Part shown: piece by piece, positions 55,298 to 64,000 of the stretch
Numbering within the stretch: the first letter of the stretch is position 1
Layout: each line of letters opens with the position of its first letter
Assembly (NCBI GenBank): GCA_963666425.2
Contig: OY762825.2
Span: 1,702,143-1,766,142, forward strand
Reading direction: 5' to 3'
Source: Bacillota bacterium
Lineage (GTDB): Bacteria; Bacillota; JAAYKD01
DNA: 64,000 nucleotides
The notes under the pieces: model-generated
Database searches by the model: none
Seen by the model: only the letters and a program-made list of their open reading frames with translations
What the model was told of the DNA's origin: nothing
Position numbers and translations under genes: made by a program

Positions 55298-56269
55298 CTA
55301 GAACAGCTGGTCAGGGAAAATCAATTTTGCTGTCTGGGTGCGGCAAGCTTCGATCTCTGCCAGGGTTGGCATGGCGGACATGCTGCCTTTTTTGCCGGCA
55401 CAGAGGGCTCCGGCACAATTGGCATAATCCGCAATCTCAGCAATCCGGCTGAGCGGGATCTCCGCCAACGGTTTCTTTTCATCCAACAATAAACTTAAGG
55501 CGCAGCCGAAGAAAGCATCCCCGCAGCCGGTGGTATCGATGATGCAGGTATCATAAGTTGGCAAATAACCAAAGCCAGCGGCAGTCCGATAGACGCAGCC
55601 GCGCGCGCCCAACGTCACAAAAACAAGTTCAGGACCTTGGCTAAGAATTGCCGCGCTGCCTTGGGTCAGGTCGTTCGTGCCGGTGAGGAATTCAAGCTCT
55701 TCCCAGCTGAGCTTGACAATATTCGCCAATTGCAAACCGCTCTTCAGTTGCTCAGCAGCCTCTTCCAGATTAGGCCAGAGCGACGGCCTAAAATTCGGAT
55801 CGTATGAGACGGGAATCGCCATACAGCGGGCAAATTGAACCGCTGCCAAGGTAGCGTCCCGTGCCGGCTGATGCGTGAGCGAAACAGAGCCGAAATGCAG
55901 CAAACGGGCCAGACCGATGCGTTGGTAATCCAATCGATCGGCAGTCAGTAAGGTATCAGCACCGGGATTGCGGATAAAAGAGAAAGAACGGTTACCGTCT
56001 TCTGCCAAGTGAATGAAAGCCAAAGTGGTGGGGGATTCCTCTGTACGCTGCAAACCGCTTGTATCAACCGCATAACTCTTCAGATCTGCTTCCAGCAGAT
56101 CTCCGAAAAAATCCGCGCCAACCATACCAAGGAAGGCTGTTTTTTTACCGAGCCGCTCGGCAGCGACCAGCAGATTGGCCGGCGCACCGCCCGGATTGGC
56201 GCGATAACTGCGATCTCCCAGCGGCGTAAAGTCGATCAATAATTCACCTATGGCCGTTATATCAAACAA
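55298..56269 (-). CDS. PfkB-family carbohydrate kinase
   Basis: N-terminal GGAPANL and C-terminal DTTGCGDAF motifs. Confidence 0.8.
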   Translation of the reverse strand: MFDITAIGELLIDFTPLGDRSYRANPGGAPANLLVAAERLGKKTAFLGMVGADFFGDLLEADLKSYAVDTSGLQRTEESPTTLAFIHLAEDGNRSFSFIRNPGADTLLTADRLDYQRIGLARLLHFGSVSLTHQPARDATLAAVQFARCMAIPVSYDPNFRPSLWPNLEEAAEQLKSGLQLANIVKLSWEELEFLTGTNDLTQGSAAILSQGPELVFVTLGARGCVYRTAAGFGYLPTYDTCIIDTTGCGDAFFGCALSLLLDEKKPLAEIPLSRIAEIADYANCAGALCAGKKGSMSAMPTLAEIEACRTQTAKLIFPDQLF

Positions 56270-56630
56270 AACATCACCTCATCCATCTCATTGTATTCGT
56301 TGATCATTGCATTCGAGAAGGCGGCAGGTTTTTCCTTTTGAGGAATTTGCATGCCGCTGCGGATTTGTTCCGCTTATTCTTTTTAACTGTTGCATGGCAG
56401 TAAAATATTCTATGGAAAATCGTCCTATTTTGTCTGAATGATCGTCTTTTATAAATTACTTCTAGGCAATCAAGGCGGCTAAGCCGCTTATGGATAGTTT
56501 TGCATAATCAGTACAAGGATTGCGAGCCATTGACGGCGAATTTAAAGAATAGTTCGAGTGGATGAAACTCGCGTTTGTTTCATTGAGATTATTGCCGGTA
56601 CCCGTGTCTTTGGGGTAGAAAGGATTGTCT

Positions 56631-57296
56631 ATGAGCGATTACGGTAGGTTGTCCAGGGTGGTGCGTCAAATTGTCCGCGCTCTTATTCCAACTTACAGGG
56701 TAAAAAGCGATTTTGATGTCCCGTCACCGGCAGTATTTTTATGTCGTCATAATAACTTGTTGGGACCGCAGACTGTGATCGCCTGGTACCCTAACTATCT
56801 GCGCACCTGGGTGCTGCACGTGTTTATGGAAAAAGAAGCTTGTTATCGACAATATGTCGACTTTACTTTTACCAAGCGTTTTGGTTGGCCAAAGTGGGTC
56901 GCGCAGTCTGTAGCTAGAGTTGTCAGCCCCTTTGTCGTGAATTTGATGGCTTCTTTGGGAGCGATTCCGGTTTATCGCGATTCGATGAAGTCGATCCGAA
57001 CCATTAAAGAAACATTGAAAGCGCTGATTGCCGGTGATACCGTACTGATTTTCCCGGATGTTGATTATACAGCGACGCATGCCGAAGTGCGAAAGGTGTA
57101 TGAAGGTTTTCTTTATCTGGAACGTTATTATTATAACAAGACAGGCAAACATTTACCCTTTGTACCGCTGCGCCTGGATCAGGAACATCAGGAAATTGTG
57201 GTAGAAGAAGCGGTATGTTTTGCCGATGGTATTGATTTTTTCGATCAGAAAGAATCAATCCTGGATAAGATCCAGGCAAGAATCAGCGGTGGATAG
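56631..57296 (+). CDS. acyltransferase (PlsC/lysophospholipid acyltransferase-like), tentative
   Basis: About 220 aa with a CRHNNLLGP region (HX4-type block) and FPDVDYT. The family call is weak. The ATG at 56631 is preferred over the TTG at 56625. Confidence 0.45.
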   Translation: MSDYGRLSRVVRQIVRALIPTYRVKSDFDVPSPAVFLCRHNNLLGPQTVIAWYPNYLRTWVLHVFMEKEACYRQYVDFTFTKRFGWPKWVAQSVARVVSPFVVNLMASLGAIPVYRDSMKSIRTIKETLKALIAGDTVLIFPDVDYTATHAEVRKVYEGFLYLERYYYNKTGKHLPFVPLRLDQEHQEIVVEEAVCFADGIDFFDQKESILDKIQARISGG

Positions 57297-57335
57297 TGAG
57301 ACATGAACCGATTTCCATAACAGAGAATGTATTTG

Positions 57336-57381
57336 AAGGTGTCTGATGCGTTGCGTGAAGCAACGCATCAGACACCTTTTT
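57336..57381 (+). terminator. strong intrinsic terminator
   Basis: AAGGTGTCTGATGCGTTGC-GTGA-AGCAACGCATCAGACACCTT followed by TTT. Confidence 0.8.
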
Positions 57382-57934
57382 GCATTCCGGATTTATTCCA
57401 CGGCATTTGATGCTTTTTGTCGGATAATTGATGTTGATAAAAAACAAAATGAAAGTGAGAAATGAAATTCAATCTATATTTCGATAGATTAAATATTTAA
57501 TGTGTCGAAATATTAGTGAATGCAAGATTATGAGATATCGGATAGTATCAATTATGGATTAATATGGGAAATTATGACGAATAAAAAAATAAATAATTAA
57601 GTAAATAATATAGAAGGGATAGAAAATGAAGTTACAGAATAGAAAATTATATGGTTTATGTATATATACCATTATATGTAATCCGTGTACTCTTGGTGAG
57701 CAATGTTGGAAATTCCTTATTATTACATGTAAATATCGTTCGGACAATTGCTCAATTCTCTTTGGAAGGAGGAGTGACTGAAAAAAGAACCCTATCAATC
57801 GATTTATGCCGGAAGGAAGTGAGGATATTCGGAAGAGTTTGCCGTTGATGAAACGACAGGAGCTTGAGCTAAGAGATTAAGCGGACTTTCTGAATCAAAG
57901 CAATTCTTGCAATGAGAAAATAGGAGGAAAATAA

Positions 57935-60900
57935 ATGAGGAGACGAATAGTACCCGTTTTACTGACCCTGTTGATGGTAATCGCCATGTTTTCAACGACA
58001 GTGCTGGCAGCGGAATTCTCTGATATGCCAAATGATTGGTCAACGGCAGCTTTGGAAAAAGCAGTTGAAAATGGGCTGATCGTAGGTGATAATGGTCATA
58101 TACGAGCCGGAGATCATTTGACAAGAGCTCAGATGGCCGCAATTGTAAATAGAGCATTCGGTACGACGGAAATGGTCGCTATTGATCAATTTACTGATGT
58201 GGAAATCGGAGCCTGGTATTATGATGATATGGCAAAAGCCGTTCAAATGAAAACTTTCGTTGGGGATGGCAATAAGCTTTATCCAGAAAATCCAATTACA
58301 AGGGAAGAAGCGTTTGCTGTTCTTGCGAGAGCCCTGAAGTTAACGGGAGCAAGCAGCGACAAATTGGATGTTTTTTCGGATAAAACTTCAATAAGTGAAT
58401 GGGCACTTGATGAAGTAGCTTCGTTGGCTTCTGCGGGATATGTGAATGGATCCAATGGCAGAATCTTAGCGAAAGACTTTATTACAAGAGCAGAATTTGC
58501 GCAGTTAATGGATAATTTAGTCAGCCACTATATTACAAAAGCTGCTACTTACACAGAGAATTACAGTGGAAATGTTATGGTCAATGTACCTGGCGTTATT
58601 TTAAAGAATTTAACCATTACAGGTGATTTGATCATTGGTGATGGCGTTGGTAATGGAGAAGTAACTCTGGATGGGGTTACGGTAACCGGACGCACTCTGG
58701 TTCGCGGCGGCGGAGAAAATTCAGTGAAACTGCTTAATAATTCTAATTTGCAGAATATTATTATCGCACGTGTCGACGGTGTGGTCAGAATCTATGCGGA
58801 AGATGGAACCGAAATTGGCGAAACTACGATCGATGGATCTGATAATGTAACCTTGGAAGGCAATTTTGGCACGATCACGTTATTAGCGAATGATGTAACT
58901 GTTACCGCAACCAATGCCAATATTGAAGCCGCGACAATTGACGGTGATAATTCTCAAATTATCGTTGGAGCTACCTCAAACATCGGAACCGTAACCATGA
59001 ATTCAAATGATGCTACTCTTGAAGTTATGGGTGCAGTGACTACTGTTTTATCTACAGAGACTGCTCAAAATTCGACGATTATTGCATCAGAAAATGCGAC
59101 AATCGAATCGATTACAGCGAACAGTGAGAGTTCAGTCCAAGGGAATGGCACAGTTACGAACGTTACCGCAAATGCAGCAGTAACGGTTGAAACTCAAAAT
59201 ACCACTGTGACAGTTGGCGAGAATTTATCCGGAATTCTGATTAATGGTGAAGAAGTTGCTGCAGGGGAAGCAATAGTGACACCTGGAGAATTACCGCCTG
59301 TAATTGTACCTACAACTCCTATTGAAGAACCGGAACAAATCGTTTATATTCATGCAAGTATGGTGCCAACCGGCTTAACAGGGATTCATAATAATAAGAT
59401 ATACCAGGAATTCCAATTAAAGGTTGGTACAACAGTTATTGATCTGAGTGCGACCAGTGTTGCAAGCATTAGAGTTATTAAGCCTGGTACAATTGTCGCT
59501 GCAACATTGACACCGGATACAGACAGCACCTTATGGTTCAATGTACAGAATGTGACCGGCGAATATTCTTACCTTGTTACTGATCGAACCGGTAAAAATT
59601 ACGAAGCCACCTTAGCCTGGACAGCACCGCTTACAGTAAACGCAGCGGCAACCGGTTTATCCGGAGAGCACGAAAGCATATTCTATGCAGAATATAGCTT
59701 AGGAGCTCTGAATCTCTCCAGCTTTGATGCGATGTATGAAATCAAAGCGGATGGAAGCGTTGTTGCTCTGACAGCCAACACGGACACGAACCTCTGGTTT
59801 AATGTAGGAAGCCCATTGGGATCTTACAGCTTCCTCATAAAACAAGGCAATGTCTGGAGCCAGGCAGTGATTGAACAGACACCGATCGCAGCGAATCTGG
59901 TAACAACCAACTTAACCGGAATTCACAATAATAAGGTATATCAGGAATTCCAATTAAAGGTTGGTACCACCGTTATTGATCTGAGCGCAGCCAACATAAC
60001 AAGCCTTACTGTATTAAAACCGGGTGAAACCACAGTCACCACCCTCACACCGGACACAGACAGCACTTTATGGTTCAATGTGCAGAACGCAGCCGGTAAT
60101 CATGTATTCACCGTTGTTGACACGCTAGGCAGAACCTATACAGCAACCTTAGTCTGGACAGTACCTGCAGCGGTCAACGCAGTAGCAACCGGTTTATCCG
60201 GAGAGCACGAAGGCGTATTCTATGCAGAATATAGCTTAGGAGCTCTGAATCTCTCCAGCTTTGATGCGATGTATGAAATCAAACCGGATGGCAGTATTGT
60301 AGCTCTGACGGCCAACACAGACACGAACCTCTGGTTTAATGTAGGAAGCCCATTGGGATCTTATACCTTCCTCGTAAAACAAGGCAATGTCTGGAGCCAG
60401 GCAGTGATTGAACAGGCCCCGATCGCAGCGAATCTGGTAACAACCAACTTAACCGGAATTCATAGCAATAAGGTATATCAGGAATTCCAATTAAAGGTTG
60501 GTACCACCGTTATTGATCTGAGCGCGGCCAACGTGGCAAGTCTGACCGTATTAAAACCGGGTGAAACCACAGCCACCACCCTGACACCGGATACGGACAG
60601 CACCTTATGGTTCAATGTGCAGAATGCAGCCGGTAATCATGTATTCACCGTTGTTGACACGCTAGGCAGAACCTATACAGCAACCTTAGTCTGGACAGTA
60701 CCTGCAGTGGTTAACGCGGCGGCAACCGGTTTATCCGGAGAACACGAAGGCGTATTCTATGCGGAATATAGCTTAGGAGCTCTGAATCTCTCCAGCTTTG
60801 ACGCGATGTATGAAATCAAAGCGGATGGAAGCGTTGTAGCTCTGACAGCCAACACAGACACCAACCTCTGGTTTAATGTAGGAAGTCCATTGGGATCTTA

Positions 60901-62572
60901 CACCTTCCTCGTAAAACAAGGCAATGTCTGGAGCCAGGCAGTGATCGAACAGACACCGATCGCAGCGAATCTGGTAACAACCAACTTAACAGGAATTCAC
61001 AATAATAAGGTATATCAGGAATTCCAATTAAAGGTTGGTACCACCGTTATTGATCTGAGCGCAGCCAACATAACAAGCCTTACTGTATTAAAACCGGGTG
61101 AAACCACAGTCACCACCCTCACACCGGACACAGACAGCACTTTATGGTTCAATGTGCAGAACGCAGCCGGTAATCATGTATTCACCGTTGTTGACACGCT
61201 AGGCAGAACCTATACGGCCACTTTAGCCTGGACAGCACCGCTTACAGTAAACGCAGCGGCAACCGGTTTATCCGGAGAGCACGAAAGCATATTCTATGCA
61301 GAATATAGCTTAGGAGCTCTGAATCTCTCCAGCTTTGATGCGATGTATGAAATCAAAGCGGATGGAAGCGTTGTTGCTCTGACAGCCAACACGGACACGA
61401 ACCTCTGGTTTAATGTAGGAAGCCCATTGGGATCTTACAGCTTCCTCGTAAAACAAGGCAATGTCTGGAGCCAGGCAGTGATTGAACAGACACCGATCGC
61501 AGCGAATCTGGTAACAACCAACTTAACCGGAATTCACAATAATAAGGTATATCAGGAATTCCAATTAAAGGTTGGTACCACCGTTATTGATCTGAGCGCA
61601 GCCAACATAACAAGCCTTACTGTATTAAAACCGGGTGAAACCACAGTCACCACCCTCACACCGGACACAGACAGCACTTTATGGTTCAATGTGCAGAACG
61701 CAGCCGGTAATCATGTATTCACCGTTGTTGACACGCTAGGCAGAACCTATACAGCAACCTTAGTCTGGACAGTACCTGCAGCGGTCAACGCAGTAGCAAC
61801 CGGTTTATCCGGAGAGCACGAAGGCGTATTCTATGCAGAATATAGCTTAGGAGCTCTGAATCTCTCCAGCTTTGATGCGATGTATGAAATCAAACCGGAT
61901 GGCAGTATTGTAGCTCTGACGGCCAACACAGACACGAACCTCTGGTTTAATGTAGGAAGCCCATTGGGATCTTATACCTTCCTCGTAAAACAAGGCAATG
62001 TCTGGAGCCAGGCAGTGATTGAACAGGCCCCGATCGCAGCGAATCTGGTAACAACCAACTTAACCGGAATTCATAGCAATAAGGTATATCAGGAATTCCA
62101 ATTAAAGGTTGGTACCACCGTTATTGATCTGAGCGCGGCCAACGTGGCAAGTCTGACCGTATTAAAGCCGGGTGAAACCACAGCCACCACCCTCATACCG
62201 GATACGGACAGCACCTTATGGTTCAATGTGCAGAATGCAGCCGGTAATCATGTATTCACTGTCGTTGACAATTACGGCAAAACCTACGAAGCCACCTTGG
62301 TCTGGACAGCGCCGGTAATGGTAACCGTAGAGGAAACTGGTCGGTCAGGAGAACACGAAGGCATATTATATGCAGAATGTACCTTGGGCACTCTGGATCT
62401 CTCCAGCTTTGATGCGATGTATGAAATCAAACCGGATGGAAGCGTTGTTGCTCTGACAGCCAACACAGATACCAACCTCTGGTTTAATCAAAGTAGTCCT
62501 GTGGGAGTCTACATCTTCCTTGTAAAACAAGGCAGTGTATGGAGCGAGGCAGTAATAGATCTTAATAACTAG
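57935..62572 (+). CDS. SLH-domain cell-surface protein with six tandem ~179-aa repeats
   Basis: A signal peptide is followed by three SLH modules (FSDMPNDWSTAALEKAVENGLIVG..., FTDVEIGAWYYDDMAKAV..., FSDKTSISEWALDEVASLASAGYVNG...). Then come a T/V/N-rich beta-helix-like region and the repeats. Confidence 0.85.
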   Translation: MRRRIVPVLLTLLMVIAMFSTTVLAAEFSDMPNDWSTAALEKAVENGLIVGDNGHIRAGDHLTRAQMAAIVNRAFGTTEMVAIDQFTDVEIGAWYYDDMAKAVQMKTFVGDGNKLYPENPITREEAFAVLARALKLTGASSDKLDVFSDKTSISEWALDEVASLASAGYVNGSNGRILAKDFITRAEFAQLMDNLVSHYITKAATYTENYSGNVMVNVPGVILKNLTITGDLIIGDGVGNGEVTLDGVTVTGRTLVRGGGENSVKLLNNSNLQNIIIARVDGVVRIYAEDGTEIGETTIDGSDNVTLEGNFGTITLLANDVTVTATNANIEAATIDGDNSQIIVGATSNIGTVTMNSNDATLEVMGAVTTVLSTETAQNSTIIASENATIESITANSESSVQGNGTVTNVTANAAVTVETQNTTVTVGENLSGILINGEEVAAGEAIVTPGELPPVIVPTTPIEEPEQIVYIHASMVPTGLTGIHNNKIYQEFQLKVGTTVIDLSATSVASIRVIKPGTIVAATLTPDTDSTLWFNVQNVTGEYSYLVTDRTGKNYEATLAWTAPLTVNAAATGLSGEHESIFYAEYSLGALNLSSFDAMYEIKADGSVVALTANTDTNLWFNVGSPLGSYSFLIKQGNVWSQAVIEQTPIAANLVTTNLTGIHNNKVYQEFQLKVGTTVIDLSAANITSLTVLKPGETTVTTLTPDTDSTLWFNVQNAAGNHVFTVVDTLGRTYTATLVWTVPAAVNAVATGLSGEHEGVFYAEYSLGALNLSSFDAMYEIKPDGSIVALTANTDTNLWFNVGSPLGSYTFLVKQGNVWSQAVIEQAPIAANLVTTNLTGIHSNKVYQEFQLKVGTTVIDLSAANVASLTVLKPGETTATTLTPDTDSTLWFNVQNAAGNHVFTVVDTLGRTYTATLVWTVPAVVNAAATGLSGEHEGVFYAEYSLGALNLSSFDAMYEIKADGSVVALTANTDTNLWFNVGSPLGSYTFLVKQGNVWSQAVIEQTPIAANLVTTNLTGIHNNKVYQEFQLKVGTTVIDLSAANITSLTVLKPGETTVTTLTPDTDSTLWFNVQNAAGNHVFTVVDTLGRTYTATLAWTAPLTVNAAATGLSGEHESIFYAEYSLGALNLSSFDAMYEIKADGSVVALTANTDTNLWFNVGSPLGSYSFLVKQGNVWSQAVIEQTPIAANLVTTNLTGIHNNKVYQEFQLKVGTTVIDLSAANITSLTVLKPGETTVTTLTPDTDSTLWFNVQNAAGNHVFTVVDTLGRTYTATLVWTVPAAVNAVATGLSGEHEGVFYAEYSLGALNLSSFDAMYEIKPDGSIVALTANTDTNLWFNVGSPLGSYTFLVKQGNVWSQAVIEQAPIAANLVTTNLTGIHSNKVYQEFQLKVGTTVIDLSAANVASLTVLKPGETTATTLIPDTDSTLWFNVQNAAGNHVFTVVDNYGKTYEATLVWTAPVMVTVEETGRSGEHEGILYAECTLGTLDLSSFDAMYEIKPDGSVVALTANTDTNLWFNQSSPVGVYIFLVKQGSVWSEAVIDLNN
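59347..62569 (+). repeat. 6 x 537-bp in-frame tandem repeat
   Basis: The marker GATCGCAGCG recurs at 59884, 60421, 60958, 61495 and 62032, an exact period of 537 bp. The array ends at the stop codon. Confidence 0.9.
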
Positions 62573-62705
62573 TTTAAACAAGATAAAGTTTCTATTTCGC
62601 GAACCGTCCTTTTCCGATGTAATAGAAAAACGGATAAGCAAGAGACTGTTCAAGCGGAAATCTTCTCTTGTTCGCTTTTGAATCATGGAGAATGAACTAG
62701 ATATG

Positions 62706-62742
62706 AAAAAATCGCCTTTCAGAAAATGAAAGGCGATTTTTT
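62706..62742. terminator. bidirectional intrinsic terminator
   Basis: AAAAAATCGCCTTTC-AGAAAAT-GAAAGGCGATTTTTT. Confidence 0.8.
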
Positions 62743-62779
62743 AATTCCAGTATTTGAAATGAGATAGTTGAATGATCAA

Positions 62780-63955
62780 TCAATTATCAATACTCGTGAT
62801 GTATGCTCTGATTTTTTGCACGATTTCTGCCATGTAAGTTTTACCGATGGAAGCAAAACCAGAATTGGGATAATCCTCACATAAACTAGATTCCAGTCCG
62901 TTCAGGAAATCAGCGCATTCCTTGAGGAAGCCGGCTGGCATATTTTCGCGATTGGTTTTTCTGGCAGTTAGGACGAGCAACTTCCAGAAATTCATCTCGT
63001 TCTCACCCCATTGATTGACATAGTCATAGGTATGCTTACGCAGGGTGCTTGCTTGGGCGATTTCTTTAGCGGCATGATAACCATCCAAGCCGATTTCAAT
63101 CTGACAATCTTTCATGGCGGTATCAAGCAATCTGGCACGCTCGGTTGAATTGCAGCTGCATTTTTCAAAAAATGTAGTAAGCAAGCCTACGCCAAAATAA
63201 TCAAAGGTTGAGCAGAGATCTTTCTCATCCAACAAGCATTTGTCGGTAGCGGATGTAAGGATCTTTCTCATTCGTTGATAGTGTTCCGGATAAGTGATTT
63301 CCCCCAACAATTCTATATTGAAGTGCGGTAAGGTTCGGCATTTCTCAGCTTGGCTTTTGACAGCCAGAAGGAAATCATCACAGAGGGTCGTGGCGGTTCC
63401 GCAGCTTAATTCACCCAAAACAGAAAATCGCATCGTGATCGCCGCAAACTCATTCATAAGTTCAGCTAAAGTGGCCTCTTCTTCTGCTTTGGCTTGGATA
63501 TTCTGCAAGAAATTCTGCCAGAATGAACCGCTGGAATGATCTATGATGCCGACCAGGTTTTCAATTTGTTTTCTTGTTGGATTATCTGAACCAGCTGCTG
63601 CAACGAAATCATATTTACTGAAACCCAGGCAGCCTGCTTCCCTGAAATAAATGTCAATTGCCTTCTCCTGCTCTGCTGTAGGTGGGGTGCCTTGGGTCTG
63701 GAGCACTTTTAAAAAGGCATAGGCCGGCAGCAGTTTTCTGCCCTGCGAAATCTCAGCCGGAATATAGGCAGTATTTATTTGTTCGGCAGTGTCAAGGATC
63801 TGGTTGCTGATATCTTTGCTCTCGTCTGAGATTTCCGCTATCGTTTTCAAGATAAAGCATGAAGCTTTCTTTTTTGCCCGGTTTTCGTTTTTATAAAAAT
63901 CCCGAATTCTTGAGGATGTGCTGATGGTTAATTCATCCCAAAATTGATTTTCCAT
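62780..63955 (-). CDS. hypothetical protein
   Basis: 391-aa ORF that appears helical. I recognise no motif. Confidence 0.45.
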   Translation of the reverse strand: MENQFWDELTISTSSRIRDFYKNENRAKKKASCFILKTIAEISDESKDISNQILDTAEQINTAYIPAEISQGRKLLPAYAFLKVLQTQGTPPTAEQEKAIDIYFREAGCLGFSKYDFVAAAGSDNPTRKQIENLVGIIDHSSGSFWQNFLQNIQAKAEEEATLAELMNEFAAITMRFSVLGELSCGTATTLCDDFLLAVKSQAEKCRTLPHFNIELLGEITYPEHYQRMRKILTSATDKCLLDEKDLCSTFDYFGVGLLTTFFEKCSCNSTERARLLDTAMKDCQIEIGLDGYHAAKEIAQASTLRKHTYDYVNQWGENEMNFWKLLVLTARKTNRENMPAGFLKECADFLNGLESSLCEDYPNSGFASIGKTYMAEIVQKIRAYITSIDN

Positions 63956-64000
63956 TTTTAGAGCCTCCTTAGCAGATCGGATTTGAAATTCACCTGCATA

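Noticed and set aside
57626-57781. A 51-codon Cys-rich small ORF (MKLQNRKLYGLCIYTIICNPCTLGEQCWKFLIITCKYRSDNCSILFGRRSD) with a GAAGGGA RBS in the AT-rich region upstream of the SLH gene. It could be a bacteriocin or RiPP precursor.
   Set aside because: No maturation, immunity or export genes are adjacent. The codon usage just mirrors the AT-rich spacer. An open frame of this length can arise by chance in 640 bp over six frames. It is more likely part of the long 5' leader of the surface-protein gene.
59347-62569. The regular repeat array could be a CRISPR or another non-coding satellite.
   Set aside because: The period is 537 bp with no spacer structure. It is entirely in-frame within a 1545-aa ORF that has a signal peptide and SLH domains.
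1-64000. A search for mobile-element hallmarks: transposase, integrase, tRNA attachment site, or terminal inverted repeats around the 2-7 kb repeat-bracketed block or the Mop cluster.
   Set aside because: No transposase or integrase-like ORF and no tRNA gene were found, so no mobile element is called.

Overview
This is a 64-kb chromosomal window that looks like an anaerobic Firmicutes (Clostridia-type) genome. The signs are AGGAGG-type ribosome-binding sites, an SLH cell-wall protein, a class III ribonucleotide reductase and many Fe-S proteins. I support about 52 protein-coding genes plus 2-3 decayed genes. I saw no rRNA, tRNA, CRISPR array, transposase or integrase. All product calls come from motifs read in the supplied translations and from my memory of protein families; no search was run.

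Layout:
- 0-9.8 kb: small hydrolases (NUDIX, two beta-lactamase-type serine hydrolases). They include a duplicated and decayed NUDIX gene and an AAA ATPase with a TAG inside its P-loop. A TetR-regulated MDR oxidoreductase follows.
- 9.9-13 kb: a 1048-aa PLD-nuclease/SF2-helicase/DUF3427 fusion.
- 13.9-14.7 kb: a ZIP metal transporter.
- 15.3-19.2 kb: a DUF5320/NifX-like/MinD-ferredoxin/Mrp-NifX Fe-S cluster with no nitrogenase.
- 19.8-23 kb: nrdG, then nrdD with an NrdR box and a C-terminal thioredoxin-fold extension.
- 23.4-32.2 kb: GNAT, ceramidase-like hydrolase, MerR+MFS, and TetR+MMPL+heptad-repeat protein.
- 32.3-46.2 kb (the most interesting region): a Mop-type molybdopterin aldehyde oxidoreductase, then an intrinsic terminator, then a tightly overlapping 12-gene minus-strand operon. 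The operon encodes a flavo-FeS/CCG reductase, a 66-aa Cys4 protein, a radical SAM enzyme, a SAM methyltransferase, an ANL ligase, a PpnP-like cupin, a C-GCAxxG-C-C protein, a MocA-like NTP-transferase fused to a ModE-type HTH, a P-loop NTPase and a FecBCD/BtuFCD-type ABC importer. As far as I know its biochemical role is undescribed.
- 46.3-57.3 kb: pentapeptide protein, GNAT, flavodoxin-ferredoxin, P-loop-NUDIX fusion, Cof-type HAD hydrolase, CPBP protease, an unusual kinase/lyxose-isomerase/TldD/PmbA operon, and an acyltransferase.
- 57.9-62.6 kb: a 1545-aa SLH protein carrying six 537-bp tandem repeats with a very recent 1611-bp-offset internal duplication.
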